Positions 34,389 to 42,607 of a stretch of DNA of 64,000 nucleotides are shown here, piece after piece; the stretch's first letter is position 1, and each line of letters opens with the position of its first letter. Position numbers and translations under genes: made by a program. The notes beneath the pieces are model-generated. The model ran no database searches. It was not told the DNA's origin and saw only the letters and a program-made list of their open reading frames with translations. Origin of the DNA: Paludibacteraceae bacterium (lineage in GTDB: Bacteria > Bacteroidota > Bacteroidia > Bacteroidales > Paludibacteraceae); the NCBI GenBank assembly GCA_017558065.1, contig JAFYWK010000008.1, positions 22,899 through 86,898 of the forward strand, given 5' to 3'.

Positions 34389-36233
34389 ATGAAAAAGATA
34401 CTATCCATATTATTTATTTGCAGCATGGCACTCATCACCTATGCTGCTGATGCAGTAGAGTTCAAGGCATCAGCACCTGCACAGGTGATTATGGGCAAAC
34501 CCTTCCAACTCACCTACTCGGTGAACCAACGTGCCAAGGACTTGCGCGCACCCGAGTTTGTGGACTTTGACTATATCGCAGGTCCATATACATCACAATC
34601 ATCCTCCACATCGTTTGTGAATGGCAAACGCACTTCGTCGTTCACGCTCACCTACACCTATACCCTTATACCCAATAAGGAAGGTGTCTTCACCCTACCT
34701 CCTGCCACGATAAAGGTAGATGGCGAGCAATATACCTCCAATGGTGTACGTATCACCGTACTCCCACCCGATGAGCCTACCCATGCTGGTGCAGCCAGAC
34801 AACAATCTGGTAACGTGAGCGCATCGACACAACAACGCGAAGCCGCTAATGTGAACGCAGAAAACATCTTCATGCGTACACTCGCCAGCAAGACCAAAGT
34901 GCACGAACAGGAAGTCATATTATTGACCTACAAACTCTATTTTGCAGGGGTCGATGTAGCTCAATTCACCAACAATACTCGCCTGCCTGAGTTCAAAGGA
35001 TTCCTCAAACAGGAATTAGAGATTGGGGAGATACAAACCGAGTTAGAGCATTACAATGGTCGCAACTACCAGACTGCTGTCATCTACCGCACCCTACTCT
35101 TCCCCCAACGCAGTGGCGACATTGTGATTGATCCAGCGCAGTTTGAGGCGGTACTACGCGTGCAAAATCGCGCCCAAGTACGTAGTATCTTTGACGATTT
35201 CTTCAACAGTTATACCACTGTGGCTAAGCCACTTACAGCACCCAGCGTAACAATACACGTATCCGAGCTTCCAGCTGGCAAACCCGCTGGTTTCAGCGGA
35301 GGCGTCGGTCAGTTCGCTATCAACAGCCGTATATCCAACACCGATCTGCAGGCCAACGAAGCTGTCACCCTCACACTCACTATTCAGGGCGCAGGCAATA
35401 TGAAACTGCTCAAAACGCCAGCAGTAGATTGGCCAGAAGGTTTTGAGGTTTATGACCCAAAGGTAACCAACAATTTCAAAAACACTCTTTCGGGTGTCAG
35501 TGGTACAAAGACCATTGAGTATTTAGCCATTCCACGCGCTGGGGGCACATACACTATTCCTGCCGTGCAATTTGCGTACTACGACACACAATCCGACACC
35601 TACAAAACGCTCTCTACCCCCGAATATACGCTCAATATTGCGCGTTCTGCCAACGAAGAAAGCAGTGCTGCTGTAGTCAATAATTTCGTACAAAAAGAGA
35701 ACATCCAACAGTTTGGCAGCGATATCCGCTATATTTATACCAATGACCAACCAAGATTCATCCTGCAAGCCTCCTCCCTCACGTTTGGTTCACTTGCCTT
35801 CTGGACTTGGTATGGTGCACCAACGTTACTCGCAGCCATACTATTCTTCCTCTTCCGCAAGCAGATCAAGGAGAATGCTGACATCACCCGCGTTCGCTAT
35901 AAGAAAGCCAACAAGGTAGCACAACGCCGACTGAAAGCAGCCGAGAAACTCCTCAAAGAAAACCAAAAAGAGGCATTCTACGAGGAGATTGAGCGCGCGG
36001 CATGGACCTACCTCAGCGATCGTCTATCCATTCCTACAGCGCAACTCAACAAGGAAAACATCGCGCAGATACTCAGCAACAAGGGCATCTCACAAACCGT
36101 CATTGGCGAACTGCATCGCGTGCTTACCACTGCTGAGTTCGCTCGCTATGCTCCCACCTCCGACCACGCTATGCAAGACATGTATAACGATACTACGAAT
36201 ATCATCAATCAATTAGAGAACGCAAAACTATGA
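34389..36233 (+). CDS. batD: BatD (oxygen-tolerance protein)
   Basis: 614-aa ORF with a signal peptide and a C-terminal TM (FWTWYGAPTLLAAILFFLF). Size and position match BatD of the Bacteroides bat operon. Confidence 0.7.
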   Translation: MKKILSILFICSMALITYAADAVEFKASAPAQVIMGKPFQLTYSVNQRAKDLRAPEFVDFDYIAGPYTSQSSSTSFVNGKRTSSFTLTYTYTLIPNKEGVFTLPPATIKVDGEQYTSNGVRITVLPPDEPTHAGAARQQSGNVSASTQQREAANVNAENIFMRTLASKTKVHEQEVILLTYKLYFAGVDVAQFTNNTRLPEFKGFLKQELEIGEIQTELEHYNGRNYQTAVIYRTLLFPQRSGDIVIDPAQFEAVLRVQNRAQVRSIFDDFFNSYTTVAKPLTAPSVTIHVSELPAGKPAGFSGGVGQFAINSRISNTDLQANEAVTLTLTIQGAGNMKLLKTPAVDWPEGFEVYDPKVTNNFKNTLSGVSGTKTIEYLAIPRAGGTYTIPAVQFAYYDTQSDTYKTLSTPEYTLNIARSANEESSAAVVNNFVQKENIQQFGSDIRYIYTNDQPRFILQASSLTFGSLAFWTWYGAPTLLAAILFFLFRKQIKENADITRVRYKKANKVAQRRLKAAEKLLKENQKEAFYEEIERAAWTYLSDRLSIPTAQLNKENIAQILSNKGISQTVIGELHRVLTTAEFARYAPTSDHAMQDMYNDTTNIINQLENAKL

Positions 36234-36937
36234 AACTCTTATTTATATTCCTCAATATCCTCTTCTCGCAAGCCAATGCACAATACGCAGAAGGCAATTA
36301 TGCAGAAGCTGCAGCGCAATACGAACAGGTGATTGCCGAACAACCATCGGCAGAGGCCTACTACAACCTCGGCAATGCTTATTTCAAACAGGGCGAACTG
36401 GCGCAAGCCATCCTCGCCTACGAACGCGCCTTGCGCATTGAACCTTCGTACAAGGACGCCAAGCACAACCTCCTGTTTGCACAATCACGTATCGTGGATA
36501 ACATCGAAGATACCCAGTCTTTCTTCCTCTCCAATTGGCTCAAAGCCATACGCAACGCGCTCAACCAACAGACATGGATGATACTATCTATTGCATTGTT
36601 TATCTGCATGTTGATAGGATTTTTCTTGTTTGCGTTTAGTCAAACTGTATGGGTGCGCAAGACGGCTTTCTACACCAGTTTGGTGGCATTGCTAATCTCC
36701 CTCGCAGCATGCATCAATGCAGGCAGTCTCCACCATCGCGACACCGCGCGTGCCGAAGCCATCATCACACAGGGTATTGTCAATGCCAAATCTTCGCCCG
36801 ATCGCTCTGGTACAGACCTCTTTACCGTACACGAAGGTACCAAAGTTGTGATTACCGAAACCATAGGCGACTGGTGCTGTATTCATGTTGGCAATTACAT
36901 CGGTTGGATGCCACTCGCACACCTCGAACGGATTTAA
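36230..36937 (+). CDS. batE: TPR + SH3b-domain membrane protein BatE
   Basis: 235-aa ORF. ATGA overlap with batD. TPR (YYNLGNAYFKQGELAQAILAYERAL), TM segments, and a C-terminal SH3-like region GTKVVITETIGDWCCIHVGNYIGWMP. Confidence 0.7.
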   Translation: MKLLFIFLNILFSQANAQYAEGNYAEAAAQYEQVIAEQPSAEAYYNLGNAYFKQGELAQAILAYERALRIEPSYKDAKHNLLFAQSRIVDNIEDTQSFFLSNWLKAIRNALNQQTWMILSIALFICMLIGFFLFAFSQTVWVRKTAFYTSLVALLISLAACINAGSLHHRDTARAEAIITQGIVNAKSSPDRSGTDLFTVHEGTKVVITETIGDWCCIHVGNYIGWMPLAHLERI

Positions 36938-36940
36938 CAT

Positions 36941-39634
36941 TTGAAGCAAGGCAACGACATCATCATCACAGGCGCACGCGTTCATAATCTGAAGAACATC
37001 GATGTGCGTATTCCACGAGATAAACTTGTGGTCATTACTGGTCTGTCGGGTAGCGGCAAATCCTCATTGGCATTTGATACCATTTTTGCCGAAGGACAAC
37101 GCCGTTATATGGAGACTTTCTCCTCCTACGCGCGCGGATATATAGGTACCATGCAGCGCCCCGATGTGGATAAGATCACAGGCCTATCGCCTGTTATCAG
37201 CATTGATCAGAAGACCACCTCGCGTAACCCACGATCCACAGTAGGAACGGTCACGGAGGTGTACGATTTCCTGCGCCTACTCTTTGCGCGCGCAGCGGAC
37301 GCCTACTCCTACGCTTCGGGCGAGAAGATGGTGCAATATACCGACGACCAGATCCTTGATTTGATTCTTAAAGAGTATGCAGGACAAAAGGTGTTGATCC
37401 TGGCACCTATGGTCAATAACCGCAAAGGACACTACAAGGAACTCTTTGAGACCATTCGCCGTAAAGGGTACTTACATGTCCGCGTGGACGGCGAGGTACA
37501 GGAAATCACACCTGGCATGAAACTCGACCGTTACAAGAATCACACGATTGAGGTGGTGGTAGATCGGTTAAAGGTGAAAGGTGAGAGGTTAGAGGTTAGA
37601 GGCGAAGAAATAGGCGAAGACTTAAAGCGTCTTCGCGCCACAGTGGATAAGGCCATGACACAAGGCGATGGTGTGATGGCTATTAGTGTGGTTCAGAATA
37701 GTTCAGCAGTTGTTCAGAATGGTTCAGCATCGTCACTACGCTACTTCTCTCGCCACCTCATGTGCCCCACCACAGGTATGAGTTATGCAGAACCTGCACC
37801 GCATACTTTCTCCTTCAACTCGCCACAGGGTTGGTGCCCTTGCTGTAGAGGATTAGGTAAGGTGAAAGGCGAAAGATTAGAGGCGAAAGGCGATGAGGAA
37901 TTGGACAATATCATCAAGGATGATGATAACTGGTACACACGCATGCTTGCTTATGTACAGCAGGGAGATGAGGAAAAAGAGGAGAAAGAGGAGCAGTGGG
38001 TAGTATGTCCCGCATGCCAAGGACAACGCCTCAGCCGCGAAGCACTCAGTTTCCGTATAGCCGATAAGAATATCGCCGAACTCTCGGCTATGGACATCAC
38101 GGACCTCAGAGCATGGCTCATGAATGTGCCTGCCAAGCTGAGCAACAAACAGCGCGCCATCGCCGAACCCATCATCAAAGAGATCATCTCCCGCCTCGGC
38201 TTTATGCTAAGCGTCGGGCTATCATATTTGTCCCTCTCGCGCTCATCGGATAGCCTATCGGGCGGAGAGAACCAGCGTATCCGTTTGGCAACGCAGGTCG
38301 GCAGTAAGTTGGTCAATGTGCTCTATATTCTCGATGAGCCCAGTATTGGTCTTCACCAACGCGACAACCAGCGCCTCATTGACTCGCTCAAGCAGTTGCG
38401 CGACATGGGCAACTCCATCATTGTGGTGGAGCACGATGAGGACATGATGCGTCAGGCAGACTATATCATTGATATTGGTCCTAAAGCGGGTCGTTTGGGC
38501 GGACATATCGTCTTCAGCGGCACACCTGCCGAACTCCTCAAGTCAGACACGCTTACTGCCAAATACCTCAGCGGCGAACTCTCCGCCACTTTGCCTCTCA
38601 CCAATAGCCAATCACCAATAGCCACTCTCCCTTCCCTTCAGGGAGGGGATGGGGGTAGGCTTCTCGTTCTCCGAGGGTGCAAAGGCAACAACCTCAAGGG
38701 CGTGGATGTGTCTTTTCCTTTGGGGCAGATGATTGCCGTCACAGGTGTATCGGGTAGTGGCAAGTCCACCCTTATCAACCAAACGCTCTACCCTATCCTC
38801 AGCCAACATTTCTACCGCAGTTTGCGTACGCCACTGGCATACGACAGCATAGAGGGTATAGAGCATATCGACAAAGTGATTGGCGTGGACCAATCGCCTA
38901 TCGGTCGTACCCCGCGTAGTAATCCTGCCACCTATACGGGCGTCTTTACCGATATTCGCAACCTCTTTGCCCAACTCCCCGAGAGTAAGATTCGCTCGTG
39001 GAAAGCAGGTCGCTTCTCGTTCAATAATGCGGGCGGACGCTGCGAAGAGTGCAGCGGCAATGGCTACAAGACCATACAAATGCACTTCCTGCCCAATGTG
39101 TATGTGCCCTGCGAGGTGTGTGGCGGACAACGCTACAACCGCGAGACATTGGAGGCACGTTTCAAGGGTAAGTCAATCGCTGAGGTACTGGATATGACCA
39201 TCAATCAGGCAGTAGAGTTCTTCGAGAGCCAACCGTATATATTGAAGAAGATCAAGACTTTGCAAGATGTGGGACTGGGTTATATCAAACTGGGACAATC
39301 ATCCACCACGTTATCGGGTGGCGAGAGCCAGCGCGTGAAATTGGCGACCGAGCTCGCACGCCCAGGTACAGGCAATACCTTGTATATTTTGGACGAACCT
39401 ACTACGGGTCTGCATTTCGAGGATGTCCGCGTACTGATGGGCGTCCTGCGCCGCTTGGTGGACAAGGGCAATACCGTGATTATCATCGAGCACAATCCCG
39501 ATGTCATTCGCTCCTGCGACTATATTGTGGACATGGGTCCCGATGGCGGTCGTGAAGGTGGCACCGTCGTCGCCACAGGCACCGTGGAAGACCTCCGCAA
39601 CAACCCGCATAGCATCACTGGCAGGTATATCTAA
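36941..39634 (+). CDS. uvrA: excinuclease ABC subunit A homologue (divergent: short insertion domain, several repeat-encoded inserts)
   Basis: 897-aa ORF. The TTG start 3 nt after the batE stop gives the canonical N-terminus [19 protein letters not shown]. Walker [11 protein letters not shown] and [10 protein letters not shown]. Signatures [12 protein letters not shown] and [12 protein letters not shown]. Zn module CEECSGNG...CEVCGG. Confidence 0.9.
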   Translation: MKQGNDIIITGARVHNLKNIDVRIPRDKLVVITGLSGSGKSSLAFDTIFAEGQRRYMETFSSYARGYIGTMQRPDVDKITGLSPVISIDQKTTSRNPRSTVGTVTEVYDFLRLLFARAADAYSYASGEKMVQYTDDQILDLILKEYAGQKVLILAPMVNNRKGHYKELFETIRRKGYLHVRVDGEVQEITPGMKLDRYKNHTIEVVVDRLKVKGERLEVRGEEIGEDLKRLRATVDKAMTQGDGVMAISVVQNSSAVVQNGSASSLRYFSRHLMCPTTGMSYAEPAPHTFSFNSPQGWCPCCRGLGKVKGERLEAKGDEELDNIIKDDDNWYTRMLAYVQQGDEEKEEKEEQWVVCPACQGQRLSREALSFRIADKNIAELSAMDITDLRAWLMNVPAKLSNKQRAIAEPIIKEIISRLGFMLSVGLSYLSLSRSSDSLSGGENQRIRLATQVGSKLVNVLYILDEPSIGLHQRDNQRLIDSLKQLRDMGNSIIVVEHDEDMMRQADYIIDIGPKAGRLGGHIVFSGTPAELLKSDTLTAKYLSGELSATLPLTNSQSPIATLPSLQGGDGGRLLVLRGCKGNNLKGVDVSFPLGQMIAVTGVSGSGKSTLINQTLYPILSQHFYRSLRTPLAYDSIEGIEHIDKVIGVDQSPIGRTPRSNPATYTGVFTDIRNLFAQLPESKIRSWKAGRFSFNNAGGRCEECSGNGYKTIQMHFLPNVYVPCEVCGGQRYNRETLEARFKGKSIAEVLDMTINQAVEFFESQPYILKKIKTLQDVGLGYIKLGQSSTTLSGGESQRVKLATELARPGTGNTLYILDEPTTGLHFEDVRVLMGVLRRLVDKGNTVIIIEHNPDVIRSCDYIVDMGPDGGREGGTVVATGTVEDLRNNPHSITGRYI
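37566..37619. repeat. coding-embedded GGTKARA heptamer array in uvrA
   Basis: GGTTAAA GGTGAAA GGTGAGA GGTTAGA GGTTAGA GGCGAAG aaata GGCGAAG, translated as [19 protein letters not shown]. Confidence 0.85.
37689..37730. repeat. coding-embedded 4 x GTTCAG-word repeat (period 10-11) in uvrA
   Basis: GTTCAG at 37691, 37701, 37712 and 37722, translated as [15 protein letters not shown]. Confidence 0.85.
37860..37905. repeat. second coding-embedded GGYGAAA/GATTAGA heptamer array in uvrA
   Basis: GGTGAAA GGCGAAA GATTAGA GGCGAAA GGCGATG, preceded by partial units. Translated as [16 protein letters not shown], directly after the CPCC zinc motif. Confidence 0.8.
38601..38628. repeat. coding-embedded CCAATAG-family heptamers in uvrA
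   Basis: CCAATAG CCAATCA CCAATAG CCACTCT, translated as [10 protein letters not shown], in the linker between the two ABC halves. Confidence 0.8.
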
Positions 39635-39666
39635 AAACTTTATTCCCCACCAATCAGCGAGCAATT

Positions 39667-39732
39667 ACGGGTTCATGACGGGTTCTTGACGGGTTGATAC
39701 TGGCACATCGCTGGCACATCAGTGGCGTATCC
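39667..39732. repeat. 11-bp tandem repeats: 3 x ACGGGTTCWTG-type then 2-3 x CTGGCACATCR-type
   Basis: Units at 39667-77, 39678-88, 39689-99, 39700-10, 39711-21 and a degenerate one at 39722-32. Starts 33 nt after the uvrA stop. Confidence 0.85.
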
Positions 39733-40027
39733 ATATCCTATAGTAGCTATTTTTCCATCAAAAACATCGGACTGATAAGTATAAGCATTTTTCGTTGCAC
39801 CTTGGTGGAGAAAATGTAAATATATTTTTACACAACAAGATATTATTTGTCAAATAATCTTTACACGATGACTGAAGATAATTTCCTTGCTAAAGAGAAA
39901 CATACGACGGTGCAGAACAAGAGATAAAGGCCATTCCCATTTGGTATTGGTTATTATCTTAATTTTTATCGGGATCTTACACCCTACTCTACAAGCAAAG
40001 CCAGCGAAGATGTATCACAGTATTCAT

Positions 40028-40096
40028 CAAAGCAATACTTTCTTGGCGTTGTTTGGGCTTCGTCCCTTGCCCACTCCGCCTCGTTGTATTGCTTTG
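40028..40096. other. 69-nt element closed by a perfect 11-bp inverted repeat (CAAAGCAATAC ... GTATTGCTTTG)
   Basis: Arms at 40028-40038 and 40086-40096. Inner GGCG/CGCC and GGGC/GCCC pairings are possible. Lies 32 nt downstream of the stop of the minus-strand 40129..42267 gene. Confidence 0.6.
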
Positions 40097-40128
40097 ATTA
40101 GCTGATGGCAAAAATGGACTGCAATAAA

Positions 40129-42267
40129 CTATGGGAGAAGAACAACACGGAACCCAAGGTAGTAGTAGCGATAGCCAGGAGAGTCGCAGTTACGGAGGGC
40201 AACGCGACAGTAGGAAGCACTGCTGAGCCAGCCACCGCCCCGAATCACGCGGCAGGACCCCGACGATGAACCCGTAGGGTTAGTCTGCGCATTGCTGCTA
40301 TAACTGCCATACCAGTCCTGACACCATTCCCATACATTACCACTCATATCGTACAATCCCAGTTCATTCGCCTGTTTTTGTTTTACGGGGTGTGTCTTGC
40401 TGCCACTATTATCTGTGTACCAAGCCACATTGCTCAACGTATTGCTACCTGCATACTTATATCCCTTGCTCTTATTTCCTCCGCGAGCAGCATACTCCCA
40501 CTCCGCTTCTGTAGGCAAACGGAAGTTCTTGCCCGTCAATTGATTGAGTTTTGTGATAAATGTTTGGCAATCATCCCAACTAATATAATACATAGGATAG
40601 CTGTTGCCTACACCATATAATGAAGTACCATACGTACCTTTCTTTGCTTGCTCTTGAATGGTTGTGCCCATCACCGCCTTCCATAACTCCTGTGTAACCT
40701 CTGTTTCACCAATATAGTAATCCGATAACGTCACTTGATGCGTGGGCTTTTCATCGCTCTCCGCATCACTTCCTTGCTCCGAAGTTGCACCTATTGTGAA
40801 CGTGCCACCCTGCACCTTAATCATATTAAATGATACACCATTAACGGTGATAGTTTCTACTGCTCCGCCTTGTGGTGCGGCAGGAACTACTGGCGCTTTG
40901 GCAACGGTCTTTGTCAGTGTAAAGTCCAACATACTCTCTTGGTTTTCTGCTATCTGCACCGTCTTTTCTTGCTGGTCATATCCGTCTTTCTCCAAACGGA
41001 TTGTGTGTGTACCTATCAGCAATTCGCTAACAAACAATGGACTGGTGCCTACTTTCTTTCCATCCACATACACATCCACATCCGCAGGCGAACCATCCAC
41101 AATCAACGAGCCATAGATAGGCAACGGATTATTGAGCGTAATAGTCTGTCCTGCACTTTGTGCCGTGATACGCACATTCGTATATGCAGTATGGTGGCTC
41201 GCTTGACGCACTTCTACACTATGCTCGCCTAACTCCAATGTGCCCGTCCAACGAGTAGTCCCCAAGCGATTGCCATCCACGTAAATATCGGCACCCTCAT
41301 TCGTTGTCAAAGTCACTTGCGCGAAGTTCGCCTCCAACGAGGGGCGGATAGTTGTAGTCTTGCCCTCCTCAATAGTGATCGTGGTGGAATAGTCCTTGTA
41401 TTTCTCCTTTTGAATACGTAGCGTATAAATGCCCGAACTCATCTCTCTGTTATTCAATGGTATAGTACCCAATTGTATCATACCACCAGTAGCGGTATTT
41501 GTAGCAAACACATAGCCACCTTGCGATATATTATCCCCTGCTATTGTCAGCCAACCAAACTGCGGTAGCAAATCCACCGTCATTTCTGTTTGCGTGGCAG
41601 ATACGGTAAAAGCGCCCTCCTTTGTATGGTATTTATCCGCAGCAATACTATAACTGTATGTCCCATAATTGAGCATTTTGCTCGCTATGCCTCCTTCGCG
41701 CATAGGCAGAATCTCTTGCGCGCCATTCTCCACAATAGTCACCACAGCATTGGCAGGCGTAACGCGGAACTTAAAGAACTGGCGTTTAGGGGCTTGCGTA
41801 GTCACAGGTGCTACATATTCCTCCTCTGGCACAAACTGCACCGTACAATCATACACACTATTGGGTTGCAACTGCTGGTTTTCAACCAATAACACCCTAT
41901 CACATCCATCGCCACAGTCCACATACACCGTAGGACGGCGAGCGGGAATGAGAAACAATATCTCGTTGGAGTTCTCTGCAAACCTATCCAATACAGCCGT
42001 CTGAGTTCCCATATATAGGGTCAAGGTCTGTTTAGCCATCGTTACCTCGCGTCCGCTCCCCTCCAAGTGCATACGCACAACAGCATACGGGAAAGTCACA
42101 TCCAAATCGGGTTTCTCCCACTTACCAAACTGATTCTTATACATCGCCAGCACCGATGCCATCGGCACTTGTGCAAAATCCTTCACTATGGTCACAGACT
42201 GCGCTGCCAAAGGCATCAGCCCTAACCAAAAGCACAATAATGTTACTATGATTTTCGTTTTTCTCAT
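40129..42267 (-). CDS. secreted PEGA-repeat protein with C-terminal FGE-sulfatase/SUMF1-type (C-type-lectin fold) domain
   Basis: 712-aa ORF with signal peptide MRKTKIIVTLLCFWLGLMPLAAQ. Several PEGA-like beta-sandwich repeats (e.g. GSLIVDGSPADVDVYVDGKKVGTSPL). FGE-type motifs TEAEWEYAARGG, NELGLYDMSGNVWEWCQDWY, RVIRGGGW...LGFRVV. Confidence 0.8.
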   Translation of the reverse strand: MRKTKIIVTLLCFWLGLMPLAAQSVTIVKDFAQVPMASVLAMYKNQFGKWEKPDLDVTFPYAVVRMHLEGSGREVTMAKQTLTLYMGTQTAVLDRFAENSNEILFLIPARRPTVYVDCGDGCDRVLLVENQQLQPNSVYDCTVQFVPEEEYVAPVTTQAPKRQFFKFRVTPANAVVTIVENGAQEILPMREGGIASKMLNYGTYSYSIAADKYHTKEGAFTVSATQTEMTVDLLPQFGWLTIAGDNISQGGYVFATNTATGGMIQLGTIPLNNREMSSGIYTLRIQKEKYKDYSTTITIEEGKTTTIRPSLEANFAQVTLTTNEGADIYVDGNRLGTTRWTGTLELGEHSVEVRQASHHTAYTNVRITAQSAGQTITLNNPLPIYGSLIVDGSPADVDVYVDGKKVGTSPLFVSELLIGTHTIRLEKDGYDQQEKTVQIAENQESMLDFTLTKTVAKAPVVPAAPQGGAVETITVNGVSFNMIKVQGGTFTIGATSEQGSDAESDEKPTHQVTLSDYYIGETEVTQELWKAVMGTTIQEQAKKGTYGTSLYGVGNSYPMYYISWDDCQTFITKLNQLTGKNFRLPTEAEWEYAARGGNKSKGYKYAGSNTLSNVAWYTDNSGSKTHPVKQKQANELGLYDMSGNVWEWCQDWYGSYSSNAQTNPTGSSSGSCRVIRGGGWLSSASYCRVALRNCDSPGYRYYYLGFRVVLLP

Positions 42268-42377
42268 ATACTGTGGTTGTTAATCCAAAATTCCTGTCGC
42301 TCACCAATGTTGGGTGAGCGAAATATTGTTTATATTGTCTTCAAAAAACATTTATCATGTTTTTACCATTCAACTCG

Positions 42378-42385
42378 CAAAGGTA
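42378..42385 (-). promoter_or_regulatory. candidate -7 box (TACCTTTG) for the PEGA/FGE gene
   Basis: Plus-strand caaaggta, 111 nt upstream of the ATG at 42267. An 8-bp-stem hairpin cgctcacc/ggtgagcg at 42298-42320 lies in the presumed leader. Confidence 0.4.
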
Positions 42386-42581
42386 CTATATTTTTCTGAA
42401 TTGTGCAAGAAAAGAGCTATTTTTTTCGCAGTTTCATTTTTTTTGGGGTGCTTTACAATGTTGTTAAAAATTCGTTCAATTCGCCGTTCTATGAAAGAAC
42501 AATTTTGTCCTATAACACCTAATCTATACCCGCAAACATAGTTTTCTTGCCTATGGATTTGCGTATGTCCATTTTTTTTTG

Positions 42582-42589
42582 TAATTTTG
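42582..42589 (+). promoter_or_regulatory. candidate -7 box (TAATTTTG) for the antiporter gene
   Basis: TAATTTTG lies 19 nt upstream of the ATG at 42608. This argues against the track start at 42587, which is a non-ATG codon inside the box. Confidence 0.45.
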
Positions 42590-42607
42590 CACCCGAAAAC
42601 GAAAGCC

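Noticed and set aside
33698-34438. 246-aa and 160-aa minus-strand ORFs opposite batC
   Set aside because: Their poly-Leu and poly-Val strings are simply the reverse complement of the CAA/CAG glutamine tract. The batC frame fits the operon.
39690-39855. Stop-free minus-strand stretch translating to QGATKNAYTYQSDVFDGKIATIGYGYATDVPAMCQYQPVKNPS
   Set aside because: There is no start codon in frame, the upstream boundary is a TGA, and part of it is the 11-bp repeat array. At most it is a decayed gene remnant, so it is not called as a CDS or pseudogene without a homology search.
39887-40105. 72-aa plus-strand ORF in the uvrA / FGE-gene spacer
   Set aside because: It has a non-ATG start, no recognisable motif, and overlaps the 69-nt inverted-repeat element. 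I treat the region as non-coding.
39635-42267. A complete diversity-generating retroelement next to the FGE-domain gene
   Set aside because: There is no reverse transcriptase, no avd-like ORF, and no adenine-rich template copy of the putative variable region in the flanking DNA. Only the variable-region-like codon pattern is reported, as a hypothesis.
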